Origin: Nymphaea colorata
Lineage: Eukaryota
DNA: 64,000 nt
Direction: 5' to 3'
Assembly: GCF_008831285.2 (NCBI RefSeq)
Contig: NC_045138.2
Coordinates: 35,030,001-35,094,000, forward strand
Shown here: one piece after another, positions 27,976 through 40,717 of the stretch
Numbering within the stretch: position 1 is the stretch's first letter
Layout of the letters: every line of letters starts with the position of its first letter
Program-made: the position numbers and the translations under genes
The notes under the pieces: generated by a model
What the model saw: only the letters and a program-made list of their open reading frames with translations
What the model was told of the DNA's origin: nothing
Database searches by the model: none

Positions 27976-30280
27976 TTGTTAAAGCTTTTTAGAGTCAATT
28001 TGAGTCTTTTTGAAATATTAGAAGGTGGACAAGGGTCTACTTATTGTTTTCAAGTCAGAATCCATCGAGTCAAAGTCCCTTTGATCTTATGCATCTTGAT
28101 GTTTGGGGTTCAAGTCGTGTTTCCCGTCGTTCACGTTTCTGGTATTACCTTGTTTTGGTTGACGATTTTACTAGAGTCAGTTAGGTATTTTTGTTACGGA
28201 ACAAGTTTGAAGTCATCTATATTCTTCAGAAATTTGTCAATGGAATAAAAACTCAGTTTGGTGGTATTGTAAAAAATATTCACACTGATAATGCTCTTGA
28301 ATTTAAGTCTTTAGTTCTACTCCAATTTTATGTCAATCATGGAATTCGACCACAATATACATGTCCCCACACATACCAACAAAATGGTGTTGCTGAACGC
28401 AAACATCGACAGCTTCTAAATGTAGCCCGTACCCTCATGTTGCACACTTATATGCTTGCCTATTTTTGGGGTGATGCTATTCTTACCGCATGTTATCTCA
28501 CCAACAAATTGCCCTCGTCTGCCATTCAAGAACGCATCCTCATTCAAATACTATATCCAGATCGACCATCATTTCATATACCCCCCAAAGTATTTGGATG
28601 CACTTGTTTTGCACACATCTTGGGCCCAAACAAAAACAAACTTGCTGCCCAAGCTGTCAAATGTGTGTTCGTTGGATATTCTACTAATCAAAAAGGCTAT
28701 CGATGTTCTGATCCCCATACCAAGAAAGAGATTGTCAGTGCAGATGTTACATTTTTTGAGTCTCGTCCTTATTTCTCTGTTCCAAGTACCACTGTGTCTG
28801 AGCTTCCTGTGTCTGTTCCTCTTCCTATTCTCCCAGTATCACTTGAGTCGATCTCGTCCTCTCCACCATTATCAGGTGATCATTTTCTTGATCCTCCAAT
28901 ACGTCTATACCCGGCGTCAAGGTCCCTCTCCTAACCGCCCACCAACATCTTCTCATGAGGTAAGTTCTAATGATAAAACTGACTCAGGAAGAAATGATGG
29001 CTATTCTGCAGATGATCTACCTATTGCTATTCGCAAGGGTCGGCGGCAGTGCACAAGGCATCCGATTTCTAACTCGGTTTCTATGGACCATTTGAGCACA
29101 AGTTTGGTGCAGTTTGATCGAGCTATAGCTAGTCATACTATTCCGACCTCTCACCACCAAGCCTTGTTAGATTCACGATAGAAGCACGCTATACAGGAAG
29201 AAATTGATGCTCTTCTTTCTAAGGAGACTTGGGACTTGGTGGACCTACCATTGAATTGTGATGTTGTCGGCTCCAAATGGGCATTCACCATCAAATATCA
29301 TTTTGATGGGTCTGTAGAGCGATTCAAAGCTCGTCTTGTGGCTGAAGGCTATGCACAGACTTATGGGGTGGACTTCTTCGAGATGTTTTCGTCTGTGGCA
29401 TGGTTATCAACTTGATGTGAAAAATGCATTTCTATATGGTGATCTCTCTGAATCAGTCTATATGCAACAACCACCTGGTTTTGAACGACAGGGGGAATGT
29501 TTGAAGGCATGCAAACTTAAAAAGGCTATGTTGATGATATTGTCCTCATTGGAGAAAGTACTCAAGAGATAGCTCAGATAAAGGAGTTCTTACAGAAACA
29601 CTTTGTCACAAAAGATCTTGGTCAACTTCGATATTTCCTTGGTATTGAAGCGGCTCGTAGTAGTAAAGGGATTGTGATGTCTCAAAGGAAATATGTTCTT
29701 GATCTTTTGCAGGAAACATGGTTATTAGGAGCCAAACCTGCTATACTTCCTATGAATCCTCGAATTCATATGCATGATGATGAATCAGAGGCTTTTGACT
29801 TTCGTTCTTATAGATCTGTGATAGGAAAACTTTTATATTTGACCATCACTCGTCCAGACATCAGCTTTGCTGTAAATAAGCTTAGTCAATTCACGGAGAA
29901 ACCTCGGAAAGTTCATTCTGAGGCTGCTTTTAGTGGTGATAAAATACTTGAAATCAGCCCCAGGAAAGGGTTATGGTTCAAAAAAGGAGAATGTGTGGAC
30001 ATAGAAGCATATAGTGAAGCTGATTATGCAGGGTTAGTAAATGCTAGGAGATCTACTACATCTTTTTGCATCTTTATTGGCGGGAATCTTATTTCTTGGA
30101 GGAGCAAGAAACATAATGAGGTTGCTAGATCGAGTGTTGAGTCTGAATATAGAGCTATGGCTCAAACAACAGCTGAAATGTCATGGGTCAAATCAGTGCT
30201 TATAGAATTGAGAATTTCAGTGAAACTTCCTAGGAAGATGTATTGTGATAACAGAGCAGCTACCTACATTACAAATAACC
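27976..30280 (+). mobile_element. Ty1/Copia pol relic (integrase, RT, RNase H), truncated and disabled
   Basis: Integrase: [91 protein letters not shown] fused directly to YVDDI (internal deletion), LGQLRYFLGIE. RNase H: ADYAG...RRSTT, VARSSVESEYRAMA, MYCDNRAA.YI. It breaks off at NNP straight into the satellite. Confidence 0.95.
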
Positions 30281-31153
30281 CTCTTTGTTGTACGGTGTTC
30301 ATCCTATCTTTTGCCCTCAGATTGAGACGATCGCATATCATTTACATCACAACCCTTGATCGCACTTGTCTAGCAATGCATGTTTTTCATTGACTTTCCT
30401 TTTTGACTTACGTTTAACCACCTAAAACTGACCATTCTACCAATGCCTCTAGTTGGCCATGCATATATCGTGTCAATCAGTCAACCACTTATTTCAATTG
30501 CATCTAATTAACATTTTTAACTTGATGGTGGGAACGTTGATCCATTGAGATCCTAGAGCAGTTCCAAGGTCTCACAGGACTGCTTTCCCTCTTTGTTGTA
30601 CGGGGTTCATCTTATCATTTGCTCTCAAAATGAAACGATCACATATCATTTACATCACATCCCTTGATCGCACTTGTCTAGTATTGCATGTTTTTCATTG
30701 TCATCCCTTTTGTGTTACAATTAACCTCCTAAATCTGACCATTATACCAATGCATCTAGTTGGTCAAGCATTGGACATGTCAACCAACCAGCCATTGATT
30801 TCAATTGCATCTAATTAACATTTTTAACTTGAGAGTGAACATGCTGCTTCATCAAGATCCTAGAGCAGTTCTGGGGTCTCACAGAACTGCTTTCCAATTT
30901 GTTGTAAAGGGTTCATCCTAACTCTTGCGATCAAAATGAAACCATCACATACTATTTAAATCACATCCATTGAGCGCACTTGTCTAGTATTGCATGTTTT
31001 TCATTGACTTTCCTTTTGTCCTATGCATAACCTAATAAAACTTACCTTTATACCAATGCATCTAGTTGACCATGCGTTGGTCGTCTCAACCAGTCAGCCA
31101 TTTATTTCAATTACATCTGATTGACATTTTTAACTTGATGGTGGGCATGTTGC

Positions 31154-31426
31154 CACTTGACAAACAAATGCCATTTTCCATCAACAATGAGTACTCACCT
31201 TATCAAAAATGTCAATACTGTATTTAAAGGTCTCTGTCCCTTCATCTTTCTGAAAAGAGGCCTGTGGAGTCGACATTCCGAAGGCTCCACTTGACAGGCT
31301 CGCGTCGTTCCATGTCCCGCCCGGTTCACTCAAAGGGCTGTTGGCCTACCAAGCACTTGCCCGCTGCTCCTGCCGGCCGCTTGGCGGGCTCCGCGCTCGT
31401 TATCCTGACTGTTCTCTCCGCTGGGG
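31154..31426. other. 273-bp non-satellite insert without TSD (filler DNA, possibly an LTR fragment)
   Basis: The satellite stops at gtgggcatgttgc and resumes at aaggtcctagagca, losing ttcatc. The insert is partly GC-rich and has a TATA-like cctttaaata on the minus strand. Confidence 0.7.
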
Positions 31427-32352
31427 AAGGTCCTAGAGCAGTTTCCAGGTCCCACAGGACTGCTTTCCCTCTTTGTTCTACGGGTTTCATCTTATCTTTT
31501 GCCCTCAAAATGAAACGATAACATATCATTTATATTACATCCTTTGATCGCACTTGTCTAGCATTGCATGTTTTTCATTGACATTCCTTCTGTCCTACGG
31601 ATAACCTCTTAAAACTGACCATTATACCAATTCATCTAGTTGGCCATGCATTTGTCGTGTCAACCAGTCAACCATTTATTTCAATTGCATCTAATTAACA
31701 TTTTTAACTTGATGATGGGAATGTTGCTTTATCGAGATCCTAGAGCAGTTCCAAGGTCTCACAGGACTGCTTTCCCTCTTTGTTGTACGGGGTCCATCAT
31801 ATCTTTTGCCCTCAACATGAGACGATCACATATCATTTACATCACATGTCTTGAGCGCACTTGTCTAGCATTGCATGTTTTTCATTGATTTTCCTTGTCT
31901 TATAGATAACCTCCTAAAACTGACCATTATACCGATGCACATAGTTGGTTATGCATTCGTCATGTCAACCAGTCAGTCATTTCTTTAAATTGCATCTAAT
32001 TAACATTTTTAACTTCATCATGGGCCTGCTGCTTCATCAAGATCATAGAGCAGTTCCGAGGTCTCACAGGACTCTCACAGGACTGCTTTCCCTTTTGTTG
32101 AATAGGGTTCATCCTATCTTTTGCACTCAAAATGAGACGATCACATATCATTTACATCACATCCCTTGAGCGCAAGTGTCTAGTACTGCATGCTTTTCAT
32201 TGACTTTCCTTTTGTCCTACGCATAACCTCATAATGCTGACCATTATACCAATGCATCTTGTTGGCCATACGTTGGTCATGTCAACCAGTCAACCATTTA
32301 TTTCAATTGCATCTAATTGACATTTTTAAGTTGATTGTGGGCATGTTGCTTC

Positions 32353-33130
32353 CTATGTCACACGGGTACGGGTACGCGGACACAGCAATTTTCAAAATTT
32401 TAGGATACGCGGACACCACGAATATTATATTCTAAAAAAGTAAAAATAATAATAAAATTAAAAAAACATTAAATTAATAATTCACTCTTACAATCTCATA
32501 AGTCATAAGATAGAAAGTCTCAAACAAACATAACATGAAATAAAACAATACAACATAGTATAAACATGCAGATTTATTTCTAGATAATGTAAAACAGTCC
32601 TTAATGAGAGAAGGCAACTTCCAGCACATTCTAGTGACTGTTGGCAACGACCACCTTACAAGAACTAAGGCAAAATCCCCAAATCAAACAAAAAAAGAAA
32701 ATATCGCACATAACATTGAAGAATAGGATCAAGATCGACGGATTAACTGTCCAATCTTCAAACGAAAACATCCCCAAATCGGCAAGAAAAACCCAAACGA
32801 AACAAAACCCAAATGAAGCATGAAACCTAACTTCTAATATCGAAAAGAAAAAAAAAACACTTACCTGTCTGTCGCCGGCTGCCACCGGATGTCGCCGGAG
32901 CTCGTCGTCGTCACCCGCCATAGAACTCTGTTGTTGCCGCAAGGAGTCGAGGGTAAAGAGTAAAACGAAATCGAGGGTTAAAACAGAAAATCGGGTTATC
33001 AAAGTGGTTCGGATCGGGTCTGACCTAAACCTGATCCAAAACGTATCCTGCTATGTCCAAGTGTCGAGATCTGCGTGTCGGAGTGTCGACACCGGTACGT
33101 GACCCAGATTGCCATATCCATGTCACATAG
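32353..33130. mobile_element. Non-autonomous hAT-type element (MITE-like), 778 bp
   Basis: 8-bp TSD GTTGCTTC at 32345-32352 and 33131-33138. The imperfect TIRs are CTATGTCACACGGGTACG and, as reverse complement of the right end, CTATGTGACATGGATATG. No transposase is present. Confidence 0.88.
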
Positions 33131-36100
33131 GTTGCTTCATTAAGGTCCTAGAGCAGTTTCCAGGTCCCACAGGACTGTTTTCCCTCTTTGTTGTACGGGT
33201 TTCATCTTATCTTTTGCCTTCAAAATGAGACAATCACATATCATTTATATCACATCCTTTGATCGCACTTGTCTAGCAATGCATGTTTTTCATTGACTTT
33301 CCTTATGTTTTACGGATAACCTCTTAAAACTGGCCATTATACCAATGCATCTAGTTGGCCATGCATTTGTCGTGTCAACCAGTCAACCATTTATTTAAAT
33401 TGCATCTAATTAACATTTTTAACTTGACGATGAGAATGTTCCTTCATCGAGATCCAAGAGTAGTTCCAAGGTCTCACAACACTGCTTTCCCTCTTTATTG
33501 TATGGGGTTTATCATATCTTTTGCCATCAACATGAGACGATCACATATCATTTACATCACATGCCTTGAGCGCACTTGTCTAGCATTGCATGTTTTTCAT
33601 TGATTTTCCTTGTCTTACAGATAACCTCCTAAACCTGACTATTATAGCGATGCACATAGTTGGTTATGCATTCGTCGTGTGAACCAGTCAGCCATTTCTT
33701 TAAATTGCATCTAATTAACATTTTTAACTCCATCATGGGCAAGCTGCTTCATCAAGCTCATAGAGCAGTTCTGAGGTCTCACAGGACTGCATTCCCATTT
33801 GTTGAACAGGGTTCATCCTATCTTTTGCGCTCAAAATGGGACGATCACATATCATTTACATCACATCCCTTGAGGCAATTGTCTAGTACTGCATGCTTTT
33901 CATTGACTTTCCTTTTGTCCTACACATAACCGCCTAAAGCTGACCACTATACAAATGCATCTAGTTGGCCATGCATTGGTCGTGTCAACCAGTCAGCCAT
34001 TTATTTCAGTTGCATCTAATTGACACTTTTAACTTGATGGTGGGCATGTTGCTTCATCAAGGTCCTAGAGCAGTTCCAAGGTCTCACCGGACTGCTTTGT
34101 CTCTTTGTTGTACGGGGTTCATCTTACCTTTTGCCCTCAACATGAGACGATCACATATCATTTACATCACATCCCTTGAGCGCACTTGTCTAGCATTGCA
34201 TGCTTTTCATTGACTTTCCCTTTGTCCTACGCATAACCACCTAAAGCTGACCATTGTACCAATGCATCTAGTTGGTCATGCATTGGTCGTGTCAACCAGT
34301 CAGCCATTCATTTCAATTGCATCTAATTGACATTTTTAACTTGGTGGGAATGTTGCTTCATCAAGGTCCTAGAACAGTTCCCAGGTCCCACAGGATTGCT
34401 TTCCCTCTTTGTTGTATAGGGTTCATCTTATCTTTTGCTATCAAAATGAGACAATCACATATCATTTATATCACATCCTTTGATCGCACTTGTCTAGCAT
34501 TGCATGTTCTTCATTAACTTTCCTTGTCTTACGCATATCCTCCTAAAGGTGACCATTATACCAGTGTATCTAGTTGGCCATATATTTCTCGTGTCAACAG
34601 TCAACTATTTATTTCAACTACATCTGATTAACATTTTTAACTTGATACGATCACATTTGATTTACATCACATCCCTTCTCGCACTTGTCTAGTATTGCAT
34701 GTTTTTCACTGCATTTCCTTTTGTCATACACATAACCTCCTAAAACTGACCATTACACCGATGCACATAGTTGGTCATGCATTGGTCGTGTCAACCAGTC
34801 ATCCCATGAGCGCACTTGTCTAGTATTGCATGCTTTTCATTGACATTCCTTTTGTCCTACGCATAACCACCTAAAGCTGACCATTATACCAATGCATCTA
34901 GTTGGTCGTGCGTTGGTCGTGTCAACCAGTCAGCCATTTATTTCAATTGCATCTAATTGACATTTTTAACTTTATGGCGGGCATGTTGCTTCATCAAGGT
35001 CCTAGAGCAGTTCCCAGGTCTCACATCACTGCTTTCCCTCTTTGTTGTACGGGGTTCATATTATCCTTTGCCCTCAACATGAGACAATCACATATCATTT
35101 ACATCACATCCCATGAACGCACTTGTCTAGTATTGCATGCTTTTCATTGACATTCCTTTTGTCCTACGCATAACCACCTAAAGCTGACCATTATACCAAT
35201 GCATCTAGTTGGTCGTGCGTTGGTCGTGTCAACCAGTAAGCCATTTATTTCAATTGCATCTAATTGACATTTTTAACTTTATGGTGGGTACGTTGCTTCA
35301 TCAAGGTCCTAAAGCAGTTCCCAGGTCTCACATGACTGCTTTCACTCTTTGTTGTACGGGGTTAATATTATCTTTTGCCCTCAACATGAGACGAACACAT
35401 ATCATTTACATCACATCCCATGAGCGCACTTGTCTAGTATTGCATGCTTTTCATTGACTTTCCTTTTGTTCTACGCATAACTACCAAAAGCTGACCATTA
35501 TACCAATGCATCTAGTTGGTCGTGTCAACAAGTCATTGCATCTGACTGACATTTTTAACTTGAGACTATCACATATCATTTACATCACATCCCTTCATCG
35601 CACTTGTCAAGTATTGCATGTTTTTCATTGCCCTTCCTTTTTCTTACGCATAACCTCCTAAAACTGACCCATATACCGATGCACATAGTTGGTCATGCAT
35701 TGGTCGTGTCAACCAATCAGCCATTTCTTTCAATTGCATCTAATTAACATTTTTAACTTCATCGAGAACTTGCCGCTTCAACAAGATCATAGAGCAGTTC
35801 TGAGGTCTCACAAGAATGCTTTCTCTTTGTTGAACAGAGTTCATCGTATCCTTTGCGCTCAAAATCAAACCATCACATATCATTAAATCACATCCCTTGA
35901 GCGCACTTGTCTAGTATTGCATGCTTTTCACTGACTTTCCTCTTGTCTTACCCATAACCTCCTAAAGCTAACCATTATACCAATGCATCTAGTTGGCATG
36001 CGTTGGTCGTGTCAACCAGTCAGCCATTTATTTCAATTGCATCTAATTGACATTTTTAACTTCATCGAGGGCATGCCGCTTCATCAAGATCATAGAGCAG

Positions 36101-39100
36101 TTCCGAGGTACCACAGGATTGCTTTCGCTTTTGTTGAAGAGGGTTCATCCTATCTTTTGTGCTCAAAATGAAACAATCACATATCATTTAAATCACATCC
36201 CTTGAGCGCACTTGTCTAGTATTACATGTTTTTCATTGACTTTCTTTTGTCCTATGCATAACCTCCTAAAGCTGACCATTATACCAATGCATCTAGTTGG
36301 CCATGCGTTGGTCGTGTCAACCAGTCAGCCATTTATTTCAATTGCATTTAATTTACATTTTTAACTTGATGGTGGCCATGTTGCTTCATCGGGGTCCTAG
36401 AGCACGTGTCCTTTTGTCTTACGCATATCCTCCAAAAGCTTACCACTATACCAATGCATCTAGTTGGTCATGTATTGGTCATGTCAACCAGTCAGCCATT
36501 TATTTCAATTGCATCTAATTAACATTTTTAGGTGCATGGTTCATCCTATCTTTTGCGATCAAAATGAAACCACCACATATGATTTAAATCACATCCCTCG
36601 AGCGCACTTATCTAGTATTGCACGTTTTTCATTGACTTTACTTCTGTCATACGCATAAACTCCTAAAGCTGACCATTGTACCAATGCATCTAGTTGGCCA
36701 GGCGTTGGTCGTCTCAACCAGTCAGCCATTTATTTCAATTGCATTTAATTGACATTTTTAACTTTATGGTGAGCATGTTACTTCATCAAGGTCCTAGAGC
36801 AGTTCCCAGGTCGCACAGGACTGCTTTCCCTTTTTGTTGTACGGGGTTCATCTTATCTTTTGCCCACAACATGAGACGATCACATATCATTTACATCACA
36901 TCCCTTGAGCGCACTTGTCTAGTATTGCATGCTTTTCATTGACATTCCTTTTGTCCTACGCATAACCACCTAAAGTTGACCATTACACCAATGCATCTAG
37001 TTGGTCGTGCGTTGGTCGTGTCAACCAGTCAGCCATTTATTTCAATTGCATCTAATTGACACTTTTAACTTGAGACTATCACATATCATTCACATCACAT
37101 CCCTTCATCGCACTTGTCTAGTATTGCATGCTTTTCATTGCCTTTCCCTTTGTCTTACGCATAACTTCCTAAAACTGACCATTATTCCGATGCACATAGT
37201 TGTTCATGCATTGGTGGTGTCAACCAGTCAGTCATTTCCTTCAATTGCATCTAATTAACATTTTTAACTTCATCGAGAGCTTGACGCTTCATCAAGATCA
37301 TAGAACAGTTCCGAAGTCTCACAGGACTGCTTTCCCTTTTGTTGAACAGGGTTCATCGTGTCCTTTGCGCTCAAAATCAAAGCATCACATATCATTTAAA
37401 TCATATCCCTTGAGTGCACTTGTCTAATATTGCATGCTTTTCATTGACTTTCCTCTTGTCTTACCCATAACCTCCTAAAGCTGACCATTATACCAACGCA
37501 TCTAGTTGGCCATGCATTGGTCGTGTCAAGCAGTCAGCCATTTATTTCAATTTCATCTAATTGACATTGTTAACTTCATCGAGGGCATGCCGCTTCATCA
37601 AGATCATAGAGCAGCTCCGAGGTCTAACAGGACTGCTTTCCCTTTTGTTGAACAGGGTTCATTCTATCTTTCGCGCTCAAAATGAAACCATCACATATCA
37701 TTTAAATCACATCCCTTGAGTGCACTTGTTTAGTATTGCATGCTTTTCATTGACTTTCCTTTTGTCATATGCACAACACCCTAAAGCTGACCATTATACC
37801 AATGCATCTAGTTGGTCATGCGTTGGTAGTGTCAACTAGTCAGCCATTTATTTCAATTGCAACTAATTGACATTTTTAACTAGATGGTGGGCATGTTGCT
37901 TCATCGGGGTTGTAGAGCACGTGTCCTTTTGTCTTACGCATATTTGGAAAAGCTGACCATTATACCAATGCATCTAGTTGGTCATGCATTGGTCATGTCA
38001 ACCAGTCAGCCATTTATTTCAATTGCATTTAATTGACATTTTTAACTTTATGGTGGGCATGTTGCTTCATAAAGGTCCTAGAGCAGTTCCCAGGTCTCAC
38101 AGGACTGCTTTCCCTCTTTGTTGTACGGGGTTCATATTATCTTTTGCCCTCAACATGAGACGATCACAAATCATTTACGTCACATCCCATGAGCGCACTT
38201 GTGTAGTATTGCATGCTTTTCATTGACATTCCTTTTGTCCTACGCATAACCACCTAAAGCTGACCATTATACCAATGCATCTAGTTGGTCGTCTCAACCA
38301 GTCAGCCATTTATTTCAATTGCATCTAATTGACATTTAACATTATGGTGGGCATGTTGCTTCATCAAAGTCCTAGAGCAGTTCCCAAGTCTCACAGGACT
38401 GCTTTCCCTCTTTGTTGCACGGGGTTCATCTTATCTTTTGCCCTCAACATGAGACGATCACATATCATTTACATCACATCCCTTGAGCGCACTTGTCTAG
38501 TATTCATGTTTTTCATTGACTTTCCTTTTGTCGTAGGCATAACCACCTAAAGCTAACCATTATACCAATGCATCTAGTTGGTTGTGTGTTGGTCGTGTCA
38601 ACCAGTCAGCCATTTATTCCAATTGCATATAATTGACATTTTTAACTTGAGACTATCACATATCATTTACATCACATCCCTTCATCGCACTTGTCTAGTA
38701 TTGTATGTTTTTCATTGTCTTTCCTTTTCTCTTACGCATAACCTCCTAAAACTGACCATTATACCGTTGAGCGCACTTGTCAAGCATTGGTCGTGTCAAC
38801 CAGTCAGCCATTTATTTCAATTGCATATAATTGACATTTTTAACTTCATCGAGGGCTTGTCGCTACATCAAGATCATAGAGCAGTTCTGAGGTCTCACAA
38901 GACTGCTTTCCCTTTTGTTGAACAGGGTTCACCCTATCTTTTGCGCTCAAAATGAAACCATCACATATCATTTAAATCACATCCTTGAGCGCACTTGTCT
39001 AGTATTGCATGCTTTTCATTGAATTTCCTTTTGTCCTATGCATAACCTCCTAAAGCTGACCATTATACCAATGCATCTAGTTGGCCATGCGTTGGTCGTG

Positions 39101-40604
39101 TCAACCAGTCAGCCATTTATTTCAACTGCATCTAATTGACATTTTTAACTTGATGGTTGGCATGTTGCTTCATCGAGATCCTAGAGGAGGTGTCCTTTTG
39201 TCTTACGAATATCCTCCAAAAGTTTACCATTATACCAATGCATCTAGTTGGTAATGTATTGGTCGTGTCAACCAGTCAACCATTTATTTCAATTGCATCT
39301 AATTAACATTTTTAACTTGATTGTGGGCATGCTGCTTCATCAATATCATAGAGTAGTTCCGAGGTCTCACAAGACTGTTTTTCCTTTTGTTGTACATGGT
39401 TCATCCTATCTTTTGCGATCAAAATGAAACCATCACATATCATTTAAATCACATCTCTTGAGCGCACTTGCCTAGTATTGAACGTTTTTCATTGCCTTTG
39501 GTTTTGTCATACGCATAAACTCCTAAAGCAGAACATTGTACCAATGCATCTAGTTGGCCATGCGTTGGTCGTCTCAACCAGTCAGCCATTTATTTCAATT
39601 GCATCTAATTGACATTTTTAACTTTATGGTGGGCATGTTGCTACATCAAGGTCCTAAAACAATTCTAAGGTTTCACAGGATTGCTTTCCCTTTTGTTGTA
39701 CGGGGTTCATTATAACCTTTGCGCTCAAAATCAAACCATCACATCTCATTTAAATCACATCACTTGAGCGCACTTGTCTAGCATTGCATGTTTTTCATTG
39801 ATTTTCCTTGTCTTACGTATAACCTTTAAAACTAACCATTATACCGATGCACATAGTTGGTCATGGATTGGTTGTGTCAACCAGTCAGCCATTTCTTTCA
39901 ATTGCATCTAATTAACATTTTTAACTTCATCGAGTGCATGTCGCTTCATCAAGATCAAAGAGCAGTTCGGAGGTCTCACAGGACTGCTTTCCCTTTTGTT
40001 GAACAGGGTTCATCCTATCTTTTGCGCTCAAAATGAAACCATCACATATCCTTTAAATCGCATCCCTTGATCGCACTTGTCTAGTATTGCATGCTTTTCA
40101 TTGACTTTCCTTTTGTCGTATGCATAAACTCGTAAAGTTCACCATTATACCAATGCATCTAGTTGGCCATGCGTTGGTCGTGTCAACCAGTCAGCCATTT
40201 ATTTCAATTGCATCTAATTGACATTTTTAACTTGATGGTGGGCATGTAGCTTCATCGGGGTCCTAGAGCACTTGCCCTTTTGTCTTACGCAGATCCTCCA
40301 AAAGCTGACCATTATACCAATGCATGTAGTTGGTCATGCATTGGTCGTGTCAACCAGTCAGCCATTTATTTCAATTGCATCTAATTAACATTTTTAACTT
40401 GATTGTGGGCATGCTGCTTCATCAATATCATAAAGCAGTTCCGAGGTCTCACAAGACTGTTTTCCCTTTTGCTGTACGTGGTTCATCGTATCTTTTGCGG
40501 TCAAAATGAAACCATCACATATCATTTGAATCACATCCCATGAGCGCACTTGTCTAGTATTGCACGTTTTTCATTGACTTTCCTTTTGTCATATGCATAA
40601 ACTC

Positions 40605-40717
40605 GAGTTCTAGCACACGAAAGTCGAAGTATATTCTTTATTCGACACAAACTGTGTTTTTTTGAGGATCCGCTGTGATGATGAGAGAGATTTCTGCATA
40701 TCCACCCGAATCGAGCA
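40605..40717 (-). other. matK: Nuclear plastid DNA insertion (NUPT): 113-bp matK fragment, copy 1
   Basis: The minus strand reads [37 protein letters not shown], matching the maturase K domain X motif [36 protein letters not shown]. It replaces about 20 bp of a satellite monomer. Confidence 0.92.
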
